DNA of 64,000 nt from Gammaproteobacteria bacterium (GCA_965277715.1 OZ255836.1:2432001-2496000); one strand, 5' to 3'; positions 1-10,404 are shown, numbered from the stretch's first letter. Notes: generated by a model from the letters alone, not told the origin. A program made the numbers and translations.

Positions 1-542
1 TGTGCAAGGATGGACAACTCACCGAACTGGCTGATGGCCAGTTCGTCGAGATTAACGGTGCCACTTGGCAGGCGCATCTGGTGCCTGATAATGCCAATAA
101 TCGCGCTACGGAAAAAGTGCCACTTGAGGGTATTGACTGTATGCAGTTGCAGTTTCAGGTAAGCCATGATGAGGAGCACGTCACCCTACATGCGCAATTG
201 GATGGCGGTTCACAAATCGACTTCGGCGAACGCACTCATCACTATTTGTTATTGATTCTGGCAAGAAAACGTTACCAAGATTGGGGGCAGGGTTTTGACG
301 AAGCGGCCCAGGGTTGGCTAGACATGGACACGCTATGCAATATGCTCGGCATGGAAGCATCCCACGTTAATATCCAGATCCATCGGGCTCGCAAACAACT
401 CAAAGAGGCGCTGCTCAGCATCGTTGATATCGGTGATCTGATTGAACGCCGGGTGGGCAGCTTGCGGGTGCGCGCTCGGCGATTTCAAATATACAAGGGG
501 TCACAGCTAGAAGCTTCACTACCTTCCCTTCCAATGCAATAA
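1..542 (+). CDS. FHA-domain/HTH partner of the TOMM kinase-cyclase (5' part lies outside the window)
   Basis: Frame is open from position 3 (CKDGQLTELADGQFVEINGATWQ...). C-terminal HTH-like segment (LCNMLGMEASHVNIQIHRARKQL...LIERR). Sits directly upstream of the kinase fusion, as in known TOMM kinase/cyclase loci. The FHA domain itself is inferred, not seen. Confidence 0.7.
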   Translation, partial: CKDGQLTELADGQFVEINGATWQAHLVPDNANNRATEKVPLEGIDCMQLQFQVSHDEEHVTLHAQLDGGSQIDFGERTHHYLLLILARKRYQDWGQGFDEAAQGWLDMDTLCNMLGMEASHVNIQIHRARKQLKEALLSIVDIGDLIERRVGSLRVRARRFQIYKGSQLEASLPSLPMQ

Positions 543-557
543 GGGGTTTGAATACCT

Positions 558-3500
558 ATGGTTGAAATTCCAGGCTATCAAGATATGCATCTCATCGGCC
601 AGGGCGCCACCGCCCAGGTGTACCGGGCGGTACAGGTGTCCACCGGCCAACTCGTCGCCATCAAGATGTTGAAATCTGAACTACAGACCCGAGGTGTCGA
701 TCAGAGTGAACATCGTTTATCGCACGAATTACGCCTGTGCGCACAATTGCATAATCCTTACATTGTGCGGCTGATGGATCAGGGTATCTGTGCCGACGGC
801 TCCCCCTATGTCGTTTTCGAATATATCCCCGGCCATTCCCTGGCACGTCACATCGTCCAGAGAGGCCCGCTGGGGCCATCCCAAGCCAAAGAGTTGATGC
901 TACAAGCCTTGGACGCGCTGGCCTACGCCCATACCAGTGGCATCATCCACCGTGATCTGAAGCCACAAAATCTGATGGTCACACAAACAGGGCCACGCCT
1001 GACATTGAAGGTGCTGGATTTTGGTATCGGCATTTGGCTGAATCCACTACAGGTGAATGGCTCTGAGCGCCTGTCCCTGGCGCACGAAAACCAGGGGACA
1101 CCCGCCTATTGTGCCCCTGAACAGCTCAAGGGTGAAACGCCTGGTGTTCAATCCGATTTGTATGCCTGGGGATTGATTTTTATCGAATGCCTGACCGGCA
1201 AGCCCGTAGTAACGGGTGCGACTACCGCCGAGATCATCCGTCGCCAATTGTCTGCTGAAGAGGTTGTTTTGCCGTCGTTCATCGCCCAGCACCCAGTTGC
1301 CCACCTACTCAGAGGCGTTTTGAATAAAGATCCCGTGCGGCGCACGACCGACGCAGCGGTACTCTACGAGGCGTTGGCCGGGTTGAATTTTGCTGACATG
1401 CTGCCACCGACACACTCCATGGAGTACCCGCGTGAGGATCAGGACACCCAGACAATCCCTAACCCTGAAGCCATTCATCACACGGAGCTACGCCCACTCA
1501 CACTGCTTTGTTGCAAACTGAAAATACTGACAATCGGCGACATCCAGCCACCCAATCCGGCAGCTCTGGAGCAATTACTGGCCGACAAATTGGCAACCAG
1601 CCAAGCACTATTGAGTCGCTTTGGTGGTTATCCCGCCAACGCCCTCGGCGGGGGGGTGATGGCGTATTTCGGCTACCCTTACCACACTGATCAGGGTGCG
1701 CGCCTGGCCGCCCGCACCAGCTTGGAATTGCGCCGCACCATACAATCCTGGAACTGGGAGCTGGCACCACAGGGCCTGCGCTGTGTCATCCAGCAGGCTA
1801 TCCATAGCGGCGTAGCTCCGCTCATCAAGGACAAGCCCTTGATCAGTGAGTTGTCCAATGTTGTCCTAGGCATGCTGTTTATGCCTGCCACTGACCAGAT
1901 TCTGGTCAGCACCACCAGCCATCGTTTGCTGCAAGACTACGCCAAATTCACGCTTTCTCCGAACCCCTTGCAGCTGGAGACGGATGAGCAGATTGCGATT
2001 TACCTGTTAAAGGACGAGCAAGCCGTAGATCAACCACTTTATCAAGACATGGAACTGTTCGGCAGGTGTAAAGAGTTGGAAGTATTGCAGCAATGGTGGA
2101 ACGACTCCACAGAAAGCAGTCAGGCAGTGGTCGTGCTGGGGGACGCCGGTATGGGCAAATCAACTCTGGTCAAGTCTTTCACAGAACAGATCAGGGCCAC
2201 AGGTAATCCTTGCCTTTTTTTGCGCTGTCTACCCGAGTACCACCAAAGCGCCTTGCACCCCATCCTGAAAGGATTGGAGCAGGCCCTGGGTTTGACCCGC
2301 TCAGAAAGTGTTGAGGCACGTCGCACACGGTTGCACCAGTCCTTGACAGATGCCGGGGTGGACGATGCCAGCACTTTCGAGGTGCTCTGTTATTGGCTGA
2401 ATGTGCCCAGCGCCAATCCCGAACAACGTCAGCATTTCTCTCCAGAAAGGCAGAAGCAATTGCTTTACATGGCGCTGTATCCGTTAATTCTTACACTTGG
2501 TCGACAAAGAGAACAACAAGACATCCTATTGCTGGTCATCGAAGATATCCATTGGTTGGATTCCGTCAGCCTGGAATTCATCAAGACGCTACAGCAACAG
2601 ACCGACGGTGGACGAATGCTACTTTTGATGACATCCAGACCCCGGGAGAATCTGGATGAATTACTGCAGTGGATACCGCATCAACTGCCATTGCCGCCTT
2701 TGGCCGAACCTGCCAGCCTAACTCTGGCACAGTGGTTTCTTGGCGAACGGGCCAATGATCTGGCGCTGGTGCGCAAGCTAGTGGAGCGCAGTGGGGGCGT
2801 TCCGCTGTTCATTCGGGAACTGGCGCACATGGCCGATAGCAGCCAGTTAGATACAGAGTTGCCACTGTCCCTGACAGATATTCTGGGTAGCCGTATCAAC
2901 GCCCTGAGGGACGCCAAGGCCACGGCGCAATGGGCCGCCGTGCTCGGCGACAACCTCCAGACAGACTGGCTGGCGGATTTGATGAGCGCGACGTCGGCCC
3001 AGGTGCAAACCCAATTGCACAGCCTGTGCGAGACCGGCCTGCTGTACCGGGAACAGGACAGCCCGGAGCACGGCTATGGCTTTACCCACGCTCTGTATCG
3101 GGACGCCGCCTACCAGCAGATCACCGCTCACCAACGGTGCGAGATGCACAATCGAGTAGCCCGACTGTGCGAAAACCGGCTTAGCCGGGACGAACACCTC
3201 GATGCCGCCCTCATTGCGCGCCACTATGCCAAGGGGCGCAGTTTTTTAAAAGCCGCACGTTTCGCCCTCCAGGCAGTGCGTGACAATCTGGGCATGGCTT
3301 TATCTCAGCAGGCACTGGAAATGATCTCGGAGCTGTTGAAATGGTCCGAGAACTTGCCGGACTCCGAGCGGCACAACGTGCAATTGCAAGCCTATGAGCT
3401 ACGCGGGCAGGCATCGACCCACCAGCTGGGCTGGGCACATCCCACCGTGTTGGACAATGTGCAAAAGACGCAAGAATTTATGCAGCAAAAGGCGCTGCTA

Positions 3501-4451
3501 TCAACCCACAAGGTAAAGGCGGCAACCCTGTGGTCGCTGGGCACCTTCTATCATGTATCCAGTCAACGCGCCATGGTCCATCAGGTTGCTGGCCAACTGG
3601 TTGATATGGCGGACAACTTGCTGGACGATGGCCTCGCCATTCTGGGGGAGTGCCTGCATGGTCAAGGGCACTGGATCGATGGTCACTACGACCAAGCGGA
3701 GGAAAACCTGTGCAAGGTTCGCACTCTGTATGACCCGGCGCAGCATCAGATTCTGGCGCGAGACTATACGCTGGATGCCCATGTCTGGGCGACTTCGTCC
3801 CTAGGGCTGGTGCGCTGGTTTCAGGGGAAAGCGGATGACGCGCATCAATATACCCGACAAGCCACCGAACGAGCCAGGGCGATGGGGCATATGCCATCTC
3901 TGGGTATTGCTATGATGTACCGGGCTTATGTCCATCAGTACGAGCAGGATCGTAGTAAAACCAATGAAGTTGCCACTGAATTACTGTCTCTGGCAAACAC
4001 CTACGGCCTTTCGGCGGTTATGGGATACGCCTCGGCATTAGTGGGGTGGGCGACCGATGACCTGGAGCGAATTACCGCCACCTTGGGGCAACTCAAGGGG
4101 CTCGGTTGTCTACTCGGCGTAACCTATCTGCAATCCATGGCGGCAGAAGTTAGCCTGCGACAGGGCGACACAACGCAGGCACTAGACCTGCTCAACGAAG
4201 GCCTACAGATAGCGCAGGAAACTGGTGAACAGTATTTTTTGACCATTCTTTATCAACAAAAGGCCCATTGTCTTTTGTCTGCCGGCCTTCCCGCCCAAAG
4301 CGTGCTGCAATGCTTGGATCGCGCTCGCCAGCTGAGCCAAGTGCAAGCCATCAGGCCGGACAGCTACCAGTACCTGTTTGAGGATTACCGGGACGATCAG
4401 CGGTTGGCGCCATATTGGTCGCCGTCGCGGCACCAAAAAACAGTAGTGTAA
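558..4451 (+). CDS. TOMM system kinase/cyclase fusion (Ser/Thr kinase + degenerate class III cyclase + P-loop ATPase + TPR-like)
   Basis: IGQGATAQVY, VAIK, HRDLKPQN, DFG and GTPAYCAPE kinase motifs; cyclase-like MAYFGYP; Walker A GDAGMGKST; Walker B LVIEDIHWLD; GGVPLF; helical C-terminus. Confidence 0.9.
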   Translation: MVEIPGYQDMHLIGQGATAQVYRAVQVSTGQLVAIKMLKSELQTRGVDQSEHRLSHELRLCAQLHNPYIVRLMDQGICADGSPYVVFEYIPGHSLARHIVQRGPLGPSQAKELMLQALDALAYAHTSGIIHRDLKPQNLMVTQTGPRLTLKVLDFGIGIWLNPLQVNGSERLSLAHENQGTPAYCAPEQLKGETPGVQSDLYAWGLIFIECLTGKPVVTGATTAEIIRRQLSAEEVVLPSFIAQHPVAHLLRGVLNKDPVRRTTDAAVLYEALAGLNFADMLPPTHSMEYPREDQDTQTIPNPEAIHHTELRPLTLLCCKLKILTIGDIQPPNPAALEQLLADKLATSQALLSRFGGYPANALGGGVMAYFGYPYHTDQGARLAARTSLELRRTIQSWNWELAPQGLRCVIQQAIHSGVAPLIKDKPLISELSNVVLGMLFMPATDQILVSTTSHRLLQDYAKFTLSPNPLQLETDEQIAIYLLKDEQAVDQPLYQDMELFGRCKELEVLQQWWNDSTESSQAVVVLGDAGMGKSTLVKSFTEQIRATGNPCLFLRCLPEYHQSALHPILKGLEQALGLTRSESVEARRTRLHQSLTDAGVDDASTFEVLCYWLNVPSANPEQRQHFSPERQKQLLYMALYPLILTLGRQREQQDILLLVIEDIHWLDSVSLEFIKTLQQQTDGGRMLLLMTSRPRENLDELLQWIPHQLPLPPLAEPASLTLAQWFLGERANDLALVRKLVERSGGVPLFIRELAHMADSSQLDTELPLSLTDILGSRINALRDAKATAQWAAVLGDNLQTDWLADLMSATSAQVQTQLHSLCETGLLYREQDSPEHGYGFTHALYRDAAYQQITAHQRCEMHNRVARLCENRLSRDEHLDAALIARHYAKGRSFLKAARFALQAVRDNLGMALSQQALEMISELLKWSENLPDSERHNVQLQAYELRGQASTHQLGWAHPTVLDNVQKTQEFMQQKALLSTHKVKAATLWSLGTFYHVSSQRAMVHQVAGQLVDMADNLLDDGLAILGECLHGQGHWIDGHYDQAEENLCKVRTLYDPAQHQILARDYTLDAHVWATSSLGLVRWFQGKADDAHQYTRQATERARAMGHMPSLGIAMMYRAYVHQYEQDRSKTNEVATELLSLANTYGLSAVMGYASALVGWATDDLERITATLGQLKGLGCLLGVTYLQSMAAEVSLRQGDTTQALDLLNEGLQIAQETGEQYFLTILYQQKAHCLLSAGLPAQSVLQCLDRARQLSQVQAIRPDSYQYLFEDYRDDQRLAPYWSPSRHQKTVV

Positions 4452-4612
4452 TGGCGTGTAATAGGCACACAGGAAGTGATTCGATAAGCTGATCTCAGGT
4501 TTCTGCTGTACGACAGTAGTTTCCCTGCTAATGAGAAGTCAAACAACCACCATCGAATTTGACACCATTGGTTTATCTATCTCCTTTATTAATAAAACCT
4601 AGAGTATCTGAA

Positions 4613-4954
4613 ATGAACGACGAACAATCTGTCTATGATAAATTTCTAAAATTTCGGGCAGTCATTATTCAAGCCATTGCGCTGGCATGGAAAGATGACA
4701 AGTTCAATAATTTGCTAAAAGAAAATCCAAAAGTCGCACTTAAAGAGGCTTTCAATTATACCTGTCCTTTCGATATCAATATTGGAACCAATCCGAACAA
4801 TGCCTCATGGAAGACTACCATTCAGGGAAGCTGGATGGTCAGCACACAAAATGAGCTACAACTGGTGTTGCCGCCCAAGCCAGAAAATAAGTGCGATGAA
4901 ACCTGTGCACTCGTCAATTACAACGTTAATCATCTCACTTTTTTAAACAACTAA
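4613..4954 (+). CDS. BMA_0021/BMA_0022-family TOMM precursor 1 (NHLP-like leader)
   Basis: FLKFRAVIIQAIALAW.D..F...L...P..AL...F.Y.CP motif and LVLPPKP. ATG at 4613 chosen over TTG 4559. Confidence 0.8.
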   Translation: MNDEQSVYDKFLKFRAVIIQAIALAWKDDKFNNLLKENPKVALKEAFNYTCPFDINIGTNPNNASWKTTIQGSWMVSTQNELQLVLPPKPENKCDETCALVNYNVNHLTFLNN

Positions 4955-4985
4955 TACCACCAACCTTATTTAGGGAGTGTCTCTG

Positions 4986-5342
4986 ATGCCACGCAATAAC
5001 GAATTACCCTCTTACCAAACCCTGATTGAGTTTCAGGAAATTTATCTCCGCGCCATCGCCTTGGCTTGGAGTGATGATACGTTCAAAAAACAACTTCTGA
5101 ACAATGCCGAGACAGCTTTTCGAGATTATTTCGGTTACGTCTGCCCATGGAATGTAGCGCTGTCAGTAGTTGAGCCTTACCCAACTGATGACTATAAATG
5201 GAATAGTGATCTGATGTACTGGAACCTGCCAAAAAACTCCATCAAGATCGGTATACCGACAAAACCTGATGAAGATAATCAGCCTATAGCACTGGCCGCC
5301 TATAATGACGCAGGGCCAACCTACTTGTTTACCTGCTGTTAA
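4986..5342 (+). CDS. BMA_0021/BMA_0022-family TOMM precursor 2
   Basis: EFQEIYLRAIALAW...; C-terminus ALAAYNDAGPTYLFTCC is typical of this family; AGGGAG RBS before ATG 4986. Confidence 0.85.
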   Translation: MPRNNELPSYQTLIEFQEIYLRAIALAWSDDTFKKQLLNNAETAFRDYFGYVCPWNVALSVVEPYPTDDYKWNSDLMYWNLPKNSIKIGIPTKPDEDNQPIALAAYNDAGPTYLFTCC

Positions 5343-5547
5343 CCCTTCCCTCTACACCCCATTCATTGCCTGGGTAACCAGGCAATGGGCCTTAGTCCGT
5401 TATCAGATCGTTGACGCTCTACTTATGTGGCGCGATATGACGTTAAATAGCGTCAAAAATACTCATTTACGCCCAGTAAAGCGGTCATTTTTACCTTATT
5501 TCGCACTTGTCTGAGCGAATTTCAACCACCTGCTGACGTTTCTACTT

Positions 5548-7641
5548 ATGCTGTCACTGAATCATAAACCACGTTTCGCTTCTGACCGTAAAGTCATCCT
5601 GCTTGATCAGAAAGTTTACATCATCGCCCCTCGCCAAACCACGGTACACAGGGCACCAGCCACCATCGCTTTATGCCAACACATAGACGGAAAGAGCAAG
5701 GTGACCGAACTGCTGGACAAACTGGCCTCAAAGCACGCTGAGCCAGAGCTTTTATACCGATTGCAGCAACTGCTTGAACACGGTCACATCGAGCTGCAGC
5801 AGACAGCGCCACCGGTCGGTGCGAACGATATCCTCGATCATTGGCGGCAAGACCTGCAAATGCAATTTACACAAACCGCTGGCCAAGCCATTTCTCTGTT
5901 TTTTCTCTCCGATCCGTTCAACCAAGATGCCATCATCCATCTGCGCGAAAGTTGGAAGGCCGGGGAAAGATTAATCCTGGCCCATCCTTATGGAGAAACA
6001 CCTTGGCTGAGTACACCACTGGGGCAAGGCGGGCCATGTCCTTTCTGCCTGCTGTTCTGGTTGCGCCACAATCGGCCAATGCAGCGTTTCCTGGGGCGAC
6101 AACGCCAAGCCGTGACGCTACATCCGGGCCACCCCAAACCGGCTAACCAGCAGGTATTGAACACCCTGTTAGAACAACTGCTGACCCGGTTGCAACAAGA
6201 CATGTCCAATGGCTGGGCCAAACTTATCGCCTGGGATGCGAGTCATGAGGGCGCACAATCCCACACGTTGCAGCAGCGGCCCCAATGCGGACTATGTGGT
6301 AACCCCGGCTGGCTGGCAGAGCAGGCTAGCCAATCACTCCAACTCCGCCAGGGGGCCATTGCCACCCAAAGCGCCGGGCTGCGTAGCGAAAAACCCGGTC
6401 AAACCTACCAGCGTCTTAGCCATCTGATCAGCCCATTGTGTGGCCCGGTGGCCTACTTGCACCCCATGCCGGGTCGCCATGCCGATTCACGCTACGTGTA
6501 TGCCGCTGGCTACCTCAACTGCCCGAAGCAATTGAGTGGAGCGAATGACTTCGACAAACTATGTGCTGGCAAGGGCGACCACTCCGAACAGGCTCGCACC
6601 AGCGCATTGTGTGAAACCATCGAGCGATTCAGCGGGCAGTATCAGGGCGACGAACCTCGCAAGCGTAGCCGTCAGGCCGATCTGACGGAGCCCAGCTATG
6701 GGTTTGACGCCTTGCAACTTTTCAGCGCTCGGCAAAAGGCTAGGCGCAGTCAAATCAATCAAACCACCAGCGACCCGCGCAAACAAATCCCCCTGGGTTT
6801 TGATCCTTACAGTCTAATCGATTGGACCCCGGCCTGGTCTCTCAGCAACAAACAGCACGTTTGGGTACCGCTCGGTTACTGCTATGCTGAGGCCCCGCTG
6901 CAAAGCGGCATCGCCTTTGGTATTCACAATCCAAATGGCAGTGCCGCAGGCAGCCATCTGGATGAGGCCATCTTGCAGGGATTGCTGGAATTGATCGAAC
7001 GGGATGCAGTGGCTATCTGGTGGTACAACCGCCTGCTTCGGCCTAAGGTAGATCTCGCTGATTTCGCCATTCCATACTGGAATACCCTGGCAGCAGAGTA
7101 TGCCGATCAGGATTACGATTTTTGGGTGCTGGACCTGACCCACGACCTGGCGACACCTTGCTTCACAGCCATCGCCCAACACCGCCAGCAGGCGCATTAC
7201 GCCATCGGCTTTGGCTGCCACCTGGATCATCGCATTGCCATCAACCGCGCCATCACCGAGCTGAACCAATTGTTCGACCCTGGTGCCAATCGGATTAACC
7301 CTTGGAATCAAGACCTCCTGGTCAATAGCGACTTTCTGCACCCTGATCCTGCGCAAACTCCCCGCCGCCGCACTGACTACGTAGAGCCAACCATCCGTTC
7401 AACGACCGAAGTGCTTGAGTTTTGTACCCGGCGCATAGAACAACAGAGCATGGAAGTGTTGGTGGTCAACAAAAGCCGACCGGATCTTGGCCTCAAGGTC
7501 GCTCAGGTGGTCATACCGGGATTGCGCCACTTCTGGCCCAGATTCGGGCCGGGGCGCTTGTATGATGTGCCAATGAAGCTGGGGTGGCGGCAGACTGCGC
7601 TCGCCGAAGGTGAGCTCAATCCAGCGTTGTTGTTTTTGTAG
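5548..7641 (+). CDS. Fused TOMM cyclodehydratase (leader-binding/E1-like + YcaO)
   Basis: CPFC and RPQCGLCG Zn motifs; AGKG...A..SALCE.IERFS; NGSAAG..L.EAILQGLLELIERDA; PGLRHFWPRFGPGRLYDVP; LNP C-terminus. Confidence 0.92.
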   Translation: MLSLNHKPRFASDRKVILLDQKVYIIAPRQTTVHRAPATIALCQHIDGKSKVTELLDKLASKHAEPELLYRLQQLLEHGHIELQQTAPPVGANDILDHWRQDLQMQFTQTAGQAISLFFLSDPFNQDAIIHLRESWKAGERLILAHPYGETPWLSTPLGQGGPCPFCLLFWLRHNRPMQRFLGRQRQAVTLHPGHPKPANQQVLNTLLEQLLTRLQQDMSNGWAKLIAWDASHEGAQSHTLQQRPQCGLCGNPGWLAEQASQSLQLRQGAIATQSAGLRSEKPGQTYQRLSHLISPLCGPVAYLHPMPGRHADSRYVYAAGYLNCPKQLSGANDFDKLCAGKGDHSEQARTSALCETIERFSGQYQGDEPRKRSRQADLTEPSYGFDALQLFSARQKARRSQINQTTSDPRKQIPLGFDPYSLIDWTPAWSLSNKQHVWVPLGYCYAEAPLQSGIAFGIHNPNGSAAGSHLDEAILQGLLELIERDAVAIWWYNRLLRPKVDLADFAIPYWNTLAAEYADQDYDFWVLDLTHDLATPCFTAIAQHRQQAHYAIGFGCHLDHRIAINRAITELNQLFDPGANRINPWNQDLLVNSDFLHPDPAQTPRRRTDYVEPTIRSTTEVLEFCTRRIEQQSMEVLVVNKSRPDLGLKVAQVVIPGLRHFWPRFGPGRLYDVPMKLGWRQTALAEGELNPALLFL

Positions 7642-8152
7642 AAAGGATATGAATGTAATGGGCATATAAAAGGACTGTCGATATCGTTTATTCCACAGCA
7701 TGTGAATAAAGAGTTCAATCTCATTTTATAATCCTGTAAATGCTAAACGCTGATCAGCGATGAAGCGGTATTTTAAGATTACTGTGTAGCTAAATTTTTC
7801 TGGAGCCGTGGCAATCGATTGCTGTACGATCATTAGAGGATGAATCAATCGACACCCTTGATTAGGTTTTTCGCTCTTCAGACGTTGAGCTAATATTTAC
7901 TTGTATCTCACGAGCTTTTTTGACCAATTCTTCTATTTCTTTTCTGCCACTTATTCCTCCACACCGTTAGGTAGTTTGTCTTCGGCACTTAGTTCGGCGA
8001 GTTTCTATTCTAGAGCCAGCCACAAAATTTCAAAAGCATGGGAGAGTAGTACTTGATTAAGAAGCGAGGCACCACCTACATTGTTTAATGACCGAATTAA
8101 TTTAAAGATGCAGTAAACGCCTGGTGAAGCGAAGAGAAACGAATTTTAACCG

Positions 8153-8245
8153 TTCTATAAGCCAATAAAAAAGCCTCCGGTATACGAGGCTTTAACAAAA
8201 AATACTTTGTTTATACTAAATAACTAGCCTGATCCGAATGGCACT
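8153..8245. repeat. Third copy of the orphan-cassette leader plus a 10-bp MITE end stub
   Basis: TTCTATAAGCCAATAAAAAAGCCTCCGGTATACGAGGCTTTAAC...TAACTAGCCTGA is identical to 13902-13981 and 16146-16225; GAATGGCACT at 8236-8245. Confidence 0.9.
8167..8193 (-). terminator. Rho-independent terminator-like hairpin in the leader repeat (also at ~13916-13942 and ~16160-16186)
   Basis: Minus strand AAAGCCTC-GTATACCG-GAGGCTTTTTT: GC stem followed by a U tract. Confidence 0.65.
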
Positions 8246-8323
8246 CAGGACGCTGAACAATAACTACTACTAACCCAGAACGGCAAAGCCCCATACCAAA
8301 CGGGGCTATATTCACACAAAACT

Positions 8324-8359
8324 CTATTTGATTGATATTAAATTGCATTGACCCCTTTT
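8324..8359. repeat. 36-bp direct repeat (variant TIR), second copy at 25351-25386
   Basis: CTATTTGATTGATATTAAATTGCATTGACCCCTTTT is identical at both sites. Confidence 0.9.
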
Positions 8360-8426
8360 TCGGGTTGGGTTATTTAAGAGCGAAAACCTTCGAGTGATCG
8401 GGTTTAATCGCTCTCAAATGAAAGAA

Positions 8427-8711
8427 TCAACTATAAACTTGCATATCAATAATTGTCCCTGGTCTTGCACCATCTGAGGATGTAAGAACCCAGAACTTGT
8501 TCTGTTGAGCAAATTGCGCAGACTCGAACTGCTCCTTTGTAACTCCTAAATTCGAGCGAAATTTACCACTGTTGTCAAGTATAGAAATCATATACTGTGG
8601 GTATCCAGGTGACGACATGTTGCACGTTATCGTTACGTGCCCCCAAAATAATTCGTTGCTGCTAACGGTTTCGGCTGCTTCAGCAGGTGTTGGTGTATTT
8701 TGATTAGCCAT
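8427..8711 (-). CDS. Hypothetical 94-aa protein (cassette-like cargo)
   Basis: AGAGGA RBS before ATG; plausible globular composition; no family recognised. Confidence 0.6.
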   Translation of the reverse strand: MANQNTPTPAEAAETVSSNELFWGHVTITCNMSSPGYPQYMISILDNSGKFRSNLGVTKEQFESAQFAQQNKFWVLTSSDGARPGTIIDMQVYS

Positions 8712-9075
8712 TTCTAAATCCTCTGTTTTTAAAAAAATGTGTAAATTACATTCAGGAATTTATTCTTTTGTTAGATTAAAATCCTGTTACAGATAATAGC
8801 CTATTGGTCTCTATTTACTATTACACTCTATTACACTATTAAAACTAGAAGATTAATGTTTTTCATTGGTCAGAAAGACGCATTTTTGTCATAACAGCCT
8901 GTTATCGAGGAACGAATCCTCGATAACAATATTATGTGGAATCGCGATAATTTCGCGAGACTGAGCTCACAAAGACACACTAAAATATTGATTAATATGA
9001 CAAAACCCTACGAAGGAAGGAAAAGAGGAAAAAGGATCAGAAAAGGAAAAGAAGAAAAGGAGAGAAAAGAAGGAA

Positions 9076-10394
9076 GGTTCTTCCCCGATTATTGTGAAGC
9101 CACTGGTTCCCTATCCAGCTTTCCGCAGTAAAACAAAATACTCCGCCGGTAGCTTTCAAACGAACGAAACCCTCTTGCATTCGATTTGACTGTCTGAATT
9201 TTTGAATTCAAACCCTCTGACACGGCATTACTTATTGTGTGCTTAAACCATGTCAATATGTTCGGCATGTGCGTTTTTATCATCTTGGCCACTTTCTTTA
9301 TGCTGTCCAATCGGCACCGAATTGCCCACGCATACCATGCGCTAAAGAAACGCTTTGCCCAACCCGCTGTCTTATACGTCCAAAAATCACGAAACAGTTC
9401 TTTTATCGCCCAGGCTCGGGCTGTCAATAACTGATCATGCTTGAGTGACTCAAAGTGCTCGGCTGCTTTGTTAGACAAATTTTCTTCATTTTTTAACCAG
9501 TGATAACGACTCTTTTTCAACCGGCTATCGCCCTGTGACAAAAGGTCTCTATGTTCATCACGACGGACCTGATCCACCGCCTTATTCAGGTGTTGGCTAA
9601 TATGAAAACGGTCGTGAACAATCGCACTGTCTGACAGTTTTACCTCAACAGCATTAATGAACGCAGGCCACCTATCAATCGCGACAGCTTTCACCTGTTC
9701 TCGCTGGTTATCCGTCAGCGCAACCTCCAACGCCTCCTCACAGGTTGCCTGGGTGCGATCTTTCACTCCATCCAATACTCGCCCTCCATCGATATCATTG
9801 ATGAGCGTCACATAGTCATGCCCTTTACGGTGGGACTTCTCATCAATACCCAGGTACTCAATTGTCACCAATTCCCGACGCGAAAGTCCCCGCTCGACAG
9901 CGCGGGCTTTGATGGCTTCCACTGCGTTCCAGCTAAGCCCCAGTAACTTACGCGCCTCTTCGACGCTACGTGAGGCTTGCAACACCCTGATGGAAAATAA
10001 TTCAAACAACAACGTAAAACGACTGCGCTTGCTTGCCCAGGGTAACACCATACTTTTAACACCATGCTCCAGACAATTTACTCGGGGAATGCGACTGTGT
10101 AGGCGCGTTTCAAACTGCATAGTATCCAGGTGTCTCCAGGATCGCTCTTGTGAACGGTGATCATAGAACGGACTCACTTCGCCACAGTGCGAACAAGGGC
10201 CGTGGTTGCCGCTAAATGCCAACGAAATGGATACTTTTAACCCTGAAGGGTCTAAATCAACTGATGTCACTGACCAGTCATCTGTCAGGCCCAGGAGCTG
10301 GCTGTAGTGTTCTTCAAGGCTCGATAGCACCGGAGTCTCTCAATAGCAAAGGGGGGATGAAATACTATAACCTCACACAAACCGGGGAAGAACC
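9076..10394 (-). mobile_element. ISL3-family insertion sequence with 8-bp target duplication
   Basis: Ends GGTTCTTCCCCGATT / AACCGGGGAAGAACC; AGAAGGAA duplicated at 9068-9075 and 10395-10402. Confidence 0.93.
9089..10330 (-). CDS. ISL3-family transposase
   Basis: Zn finger CSHCG...WRHLD...RVNCLEHG; GIDEK; AIDRW; HDRFH; SNAVSEGLNSKI. Confidence 0.95.
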   Translation of the reverse strand: MLSSLEEHYSQLLGLTDDWSVTSVDLDPSGLKVSISLAFSGNHGPCSHCGEVSPFYDHRSQERSWRHLDTMQFETRLHSRIPRVNCLEHGVKSMVLPWASKRSRFTLLFELFSIRVLQASRSVEEARKLLGLSWNAVEAIKARAVERGLSRRELVTIEYLGIDEKSHRKGHDYVTLINDIDGGRVLDGVKDRTQATCEEALEVALTDNQREQVKAVAIDRWPAFINAVEVKLSDSAIVHDRFHISQHLNKAVDQVRRDEHRDLLSQGDSRLKKSRYHWLKNEENLSNKAAEHFESLKHDQLLTARAWAIKELFRDFWTYKTAGWAKRFFSAWYAWAIRCRLDSIKKVAKMIKTHMPNILTWFKHTISNAVSEGLNSKIQTVKSNARGFRSFESYRRSILFYCGKLDREPVASQ

Positions 10395-10404
10395 AGAAGG
10401 AAAA

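Noticed and set aside
7700-8150. Possible gene between ycaO and the leader repeat
   Set aside because: The reading frame examined has several stops and the ORF track shows nothing; at most an unidentifiable remnant
8934-9131. Lys/Arg/Glu-rich 65-aa ORF
   Set aside because: Translation of the purine-rich tract and the ISL3 end
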